Shown piece by piece: positions 62,959 through 64,000 of a stretch of DNA of 64,000 bases (position 1 is the first letter of the stretch; each line of letters starts with the position of its first letter). This DNA comes from an uncultured Chloroflexia bacterium (GTDB taxonomy: Bacteria; Chloroflexota; Limnocylindria; Limnocylindrales; CSP1-4): NCBI GenBank assembly GCA_963707215.1, contig CAVPPB010000001.1:384001-448000 (forward strand), in the 5' to 3' direction. The position numbers were made by a program, and so were the translations under genes. The notes under the pieces were generated by a model, which saw nothing but the letters and a program-made list of their open reading frames with translations, was not told where the DNA came from and ran no database searches.

Positions 62959-63762
62959 ATGACCGACCAGCTGTCGCTCGACCTCGACGACGCCCTGCCC
63001 CATCCTCCGAGCCTCCTTCGACCGATGCTGCCTCGTCCGGCCGCCGAGCCGTTCGACAGCGCCGATCACCTCTTCGAGCCGAGCTGGGGTGGGCGGCGGG
63101 CCCTCGCGTTCCTCGAGCCGGCGGTGGAGCGCGATGCAGGGGGTCGCTGGCTGACGGCGACCGGGGGGCCATCGCTCCGCCTCCTCGATGCCGGCGGGAC
63201 CGACCTGGCCGGGCTCGCCCCCGAGCTCGACGAGCTGGCGCTCCGGGTCGAGGCCCGGTCCGCGGTCCTCGATGGCGAGATCGTCGCCACCGAGCCGTCG
63301 GGTCGGGCGGATCGCGGCGCCCTCGACGTCCGTCTGGGCGGTCGCCCCGGCCCTCCGCTGACCTACCTCGTCTTCGACCTCCTCTACCTGGACGGCCGGC
63401 CGCTCCTGGGGCAGCCACTGGCTCGCCGGCGCGAGGCCCTGCGGCGGATCGTCCGGCCGGGACCGGAGATCGTGGCGGTCCCGGCGATCCCGGGCGAGGG
63501 ACGGGCCCTCCACGATGCGGTCACCGCCCAGGGGCTCGCCGGCGTGCTCGCCCGGCAGCGGGCCAGCCCCTACCTGCCGGGGGTCCGCAGCCGCCTCTGG
63601 CGTTCGATCACCGCCGGGGCTCCCATCCTGTCGTCGGCGTCGACGGGCGACCATGCGGATGCGCCACCGGGGTCGGACGCGGCGGGCGCCGACGTGCCGG
63701 CGCTCGGCCGAGGCTCCATCCTGGCGGTGATCCGCAAGCTCCCGCTGGAGGACGAGCCGTAG
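62959..63762 (+). CDS. ATP-dependent DNA ligase (LigD-like) adenylation-domain homolog, apparently catalytically inactive
   Basis: LRPML, FEPSWGGRRA (KxDGxR degenerate), VLDGEIV, YLVFDLLYLDG, PLARRREAL, AGVLAR, SPYLPGVRS..WRSI; no OB domain. Confidence 0.8.
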   Translation: MTDQLSLDLDDALPHPPSLLRPMLPRPAAEPFDSADHLFEPSWGGRRALAFLEPAVERDAGGRWLTATGGPSLRLLDAGGTDLAGLAPELDELALRVEARSAVLDGEIVATEPSGRADRGALDVRLGGRPGPPLTYLVFDLLYLDGRPLLGQPLARRREALRRIVRPGPEIVAVPAIPGEGRALHDAVTAQGLAGVLARQRASPYLPGVRSRLWRSITAGAPILSSASTGDHADAPPGSDAAGADVPALGRGSILAVIRKLPLEDEP

Positions 63763-63837
63763 CCGACGTCCGGGCGGATCGATAGGCTCGGTCGTGGTGA
63801 TCGGACCAGGAGGTGAGCCGGCGGCGAGCCGAGGCGC

Positions 63838-63999
63838 CTAGTCGCCGCGGCGGGCCACGGCAAGGAAGAGCCGCAGGCCGGGTCGCTGGCCGTAGAGCAG
63901 GACCCCGGCCCGGTAGACGCGGACCGCCACGGCCGCGGCGGCCACGACCGACCCGGCCAGGATGCCGAGCGACAGGGCGAGCTCCCACGGTTCCACTCG
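63838..63999 (-). CDS. ABC-2 permease C-terminal fragment (runs off window edge)
   Basis: Manual translation VEPWELALSLGILAG...AVRVYRAGVLLYGQRPGL...*. Confidence 0.75.
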   Translation of the reverse strand, partial: RVEPWELALSLGILAGSVVAAAAVAVRVYRAGVLLYGQRPGLRLFLAVARRGD

Positions 64000-64000
64000 G

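Overview
Very GC-rich, densely coding core-genome segment of a bacterium. Gene content and style (F420 cofDCE genes, aceE-type PDH, an actinobacterial-like arg cluster with ARG boxes, many apparently leaderless genes) suggest a high-GC Chloroflexota or Actinomycetota-like organism; this taxonomy is inference. About 60 CDS: amino-acid, nucleoside and glycerol metabolism (argCJBRG, argH, glpDK, add, mtnP, deoC, pncA, an ALDH pair, aceE), F420 synthesis and F420/LLM enzymes, trxB, transporters (FTR1, CDF, MFS, EamA, ABC), peptidases and regulators (MarR, GbsR-like, MerR, ArgR). I found no rRNA, tRNA, CRISPR, integrase or transposase. Three stretches (about 13.1-17.9 kb, 24.7-26.6 kb and 29.9-31.4 kb) are full of indels typical of a low-coverage long-read consensus, and aceE has an in-frame TAG. 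The most notable candidate novelty is a stand-alone ATP-dependent-ligase homolog (62959-63762) with its catalytic motif residues replaced and an N-terminal beta-clamp-like QLSLDL motif. Also notable: a CsoR-like operator before trxB, a small DTEGN-motif protein with an upstream dyad, and pervasive leaderless promoter architecture. All calls come from reading motifs; no database search was run.
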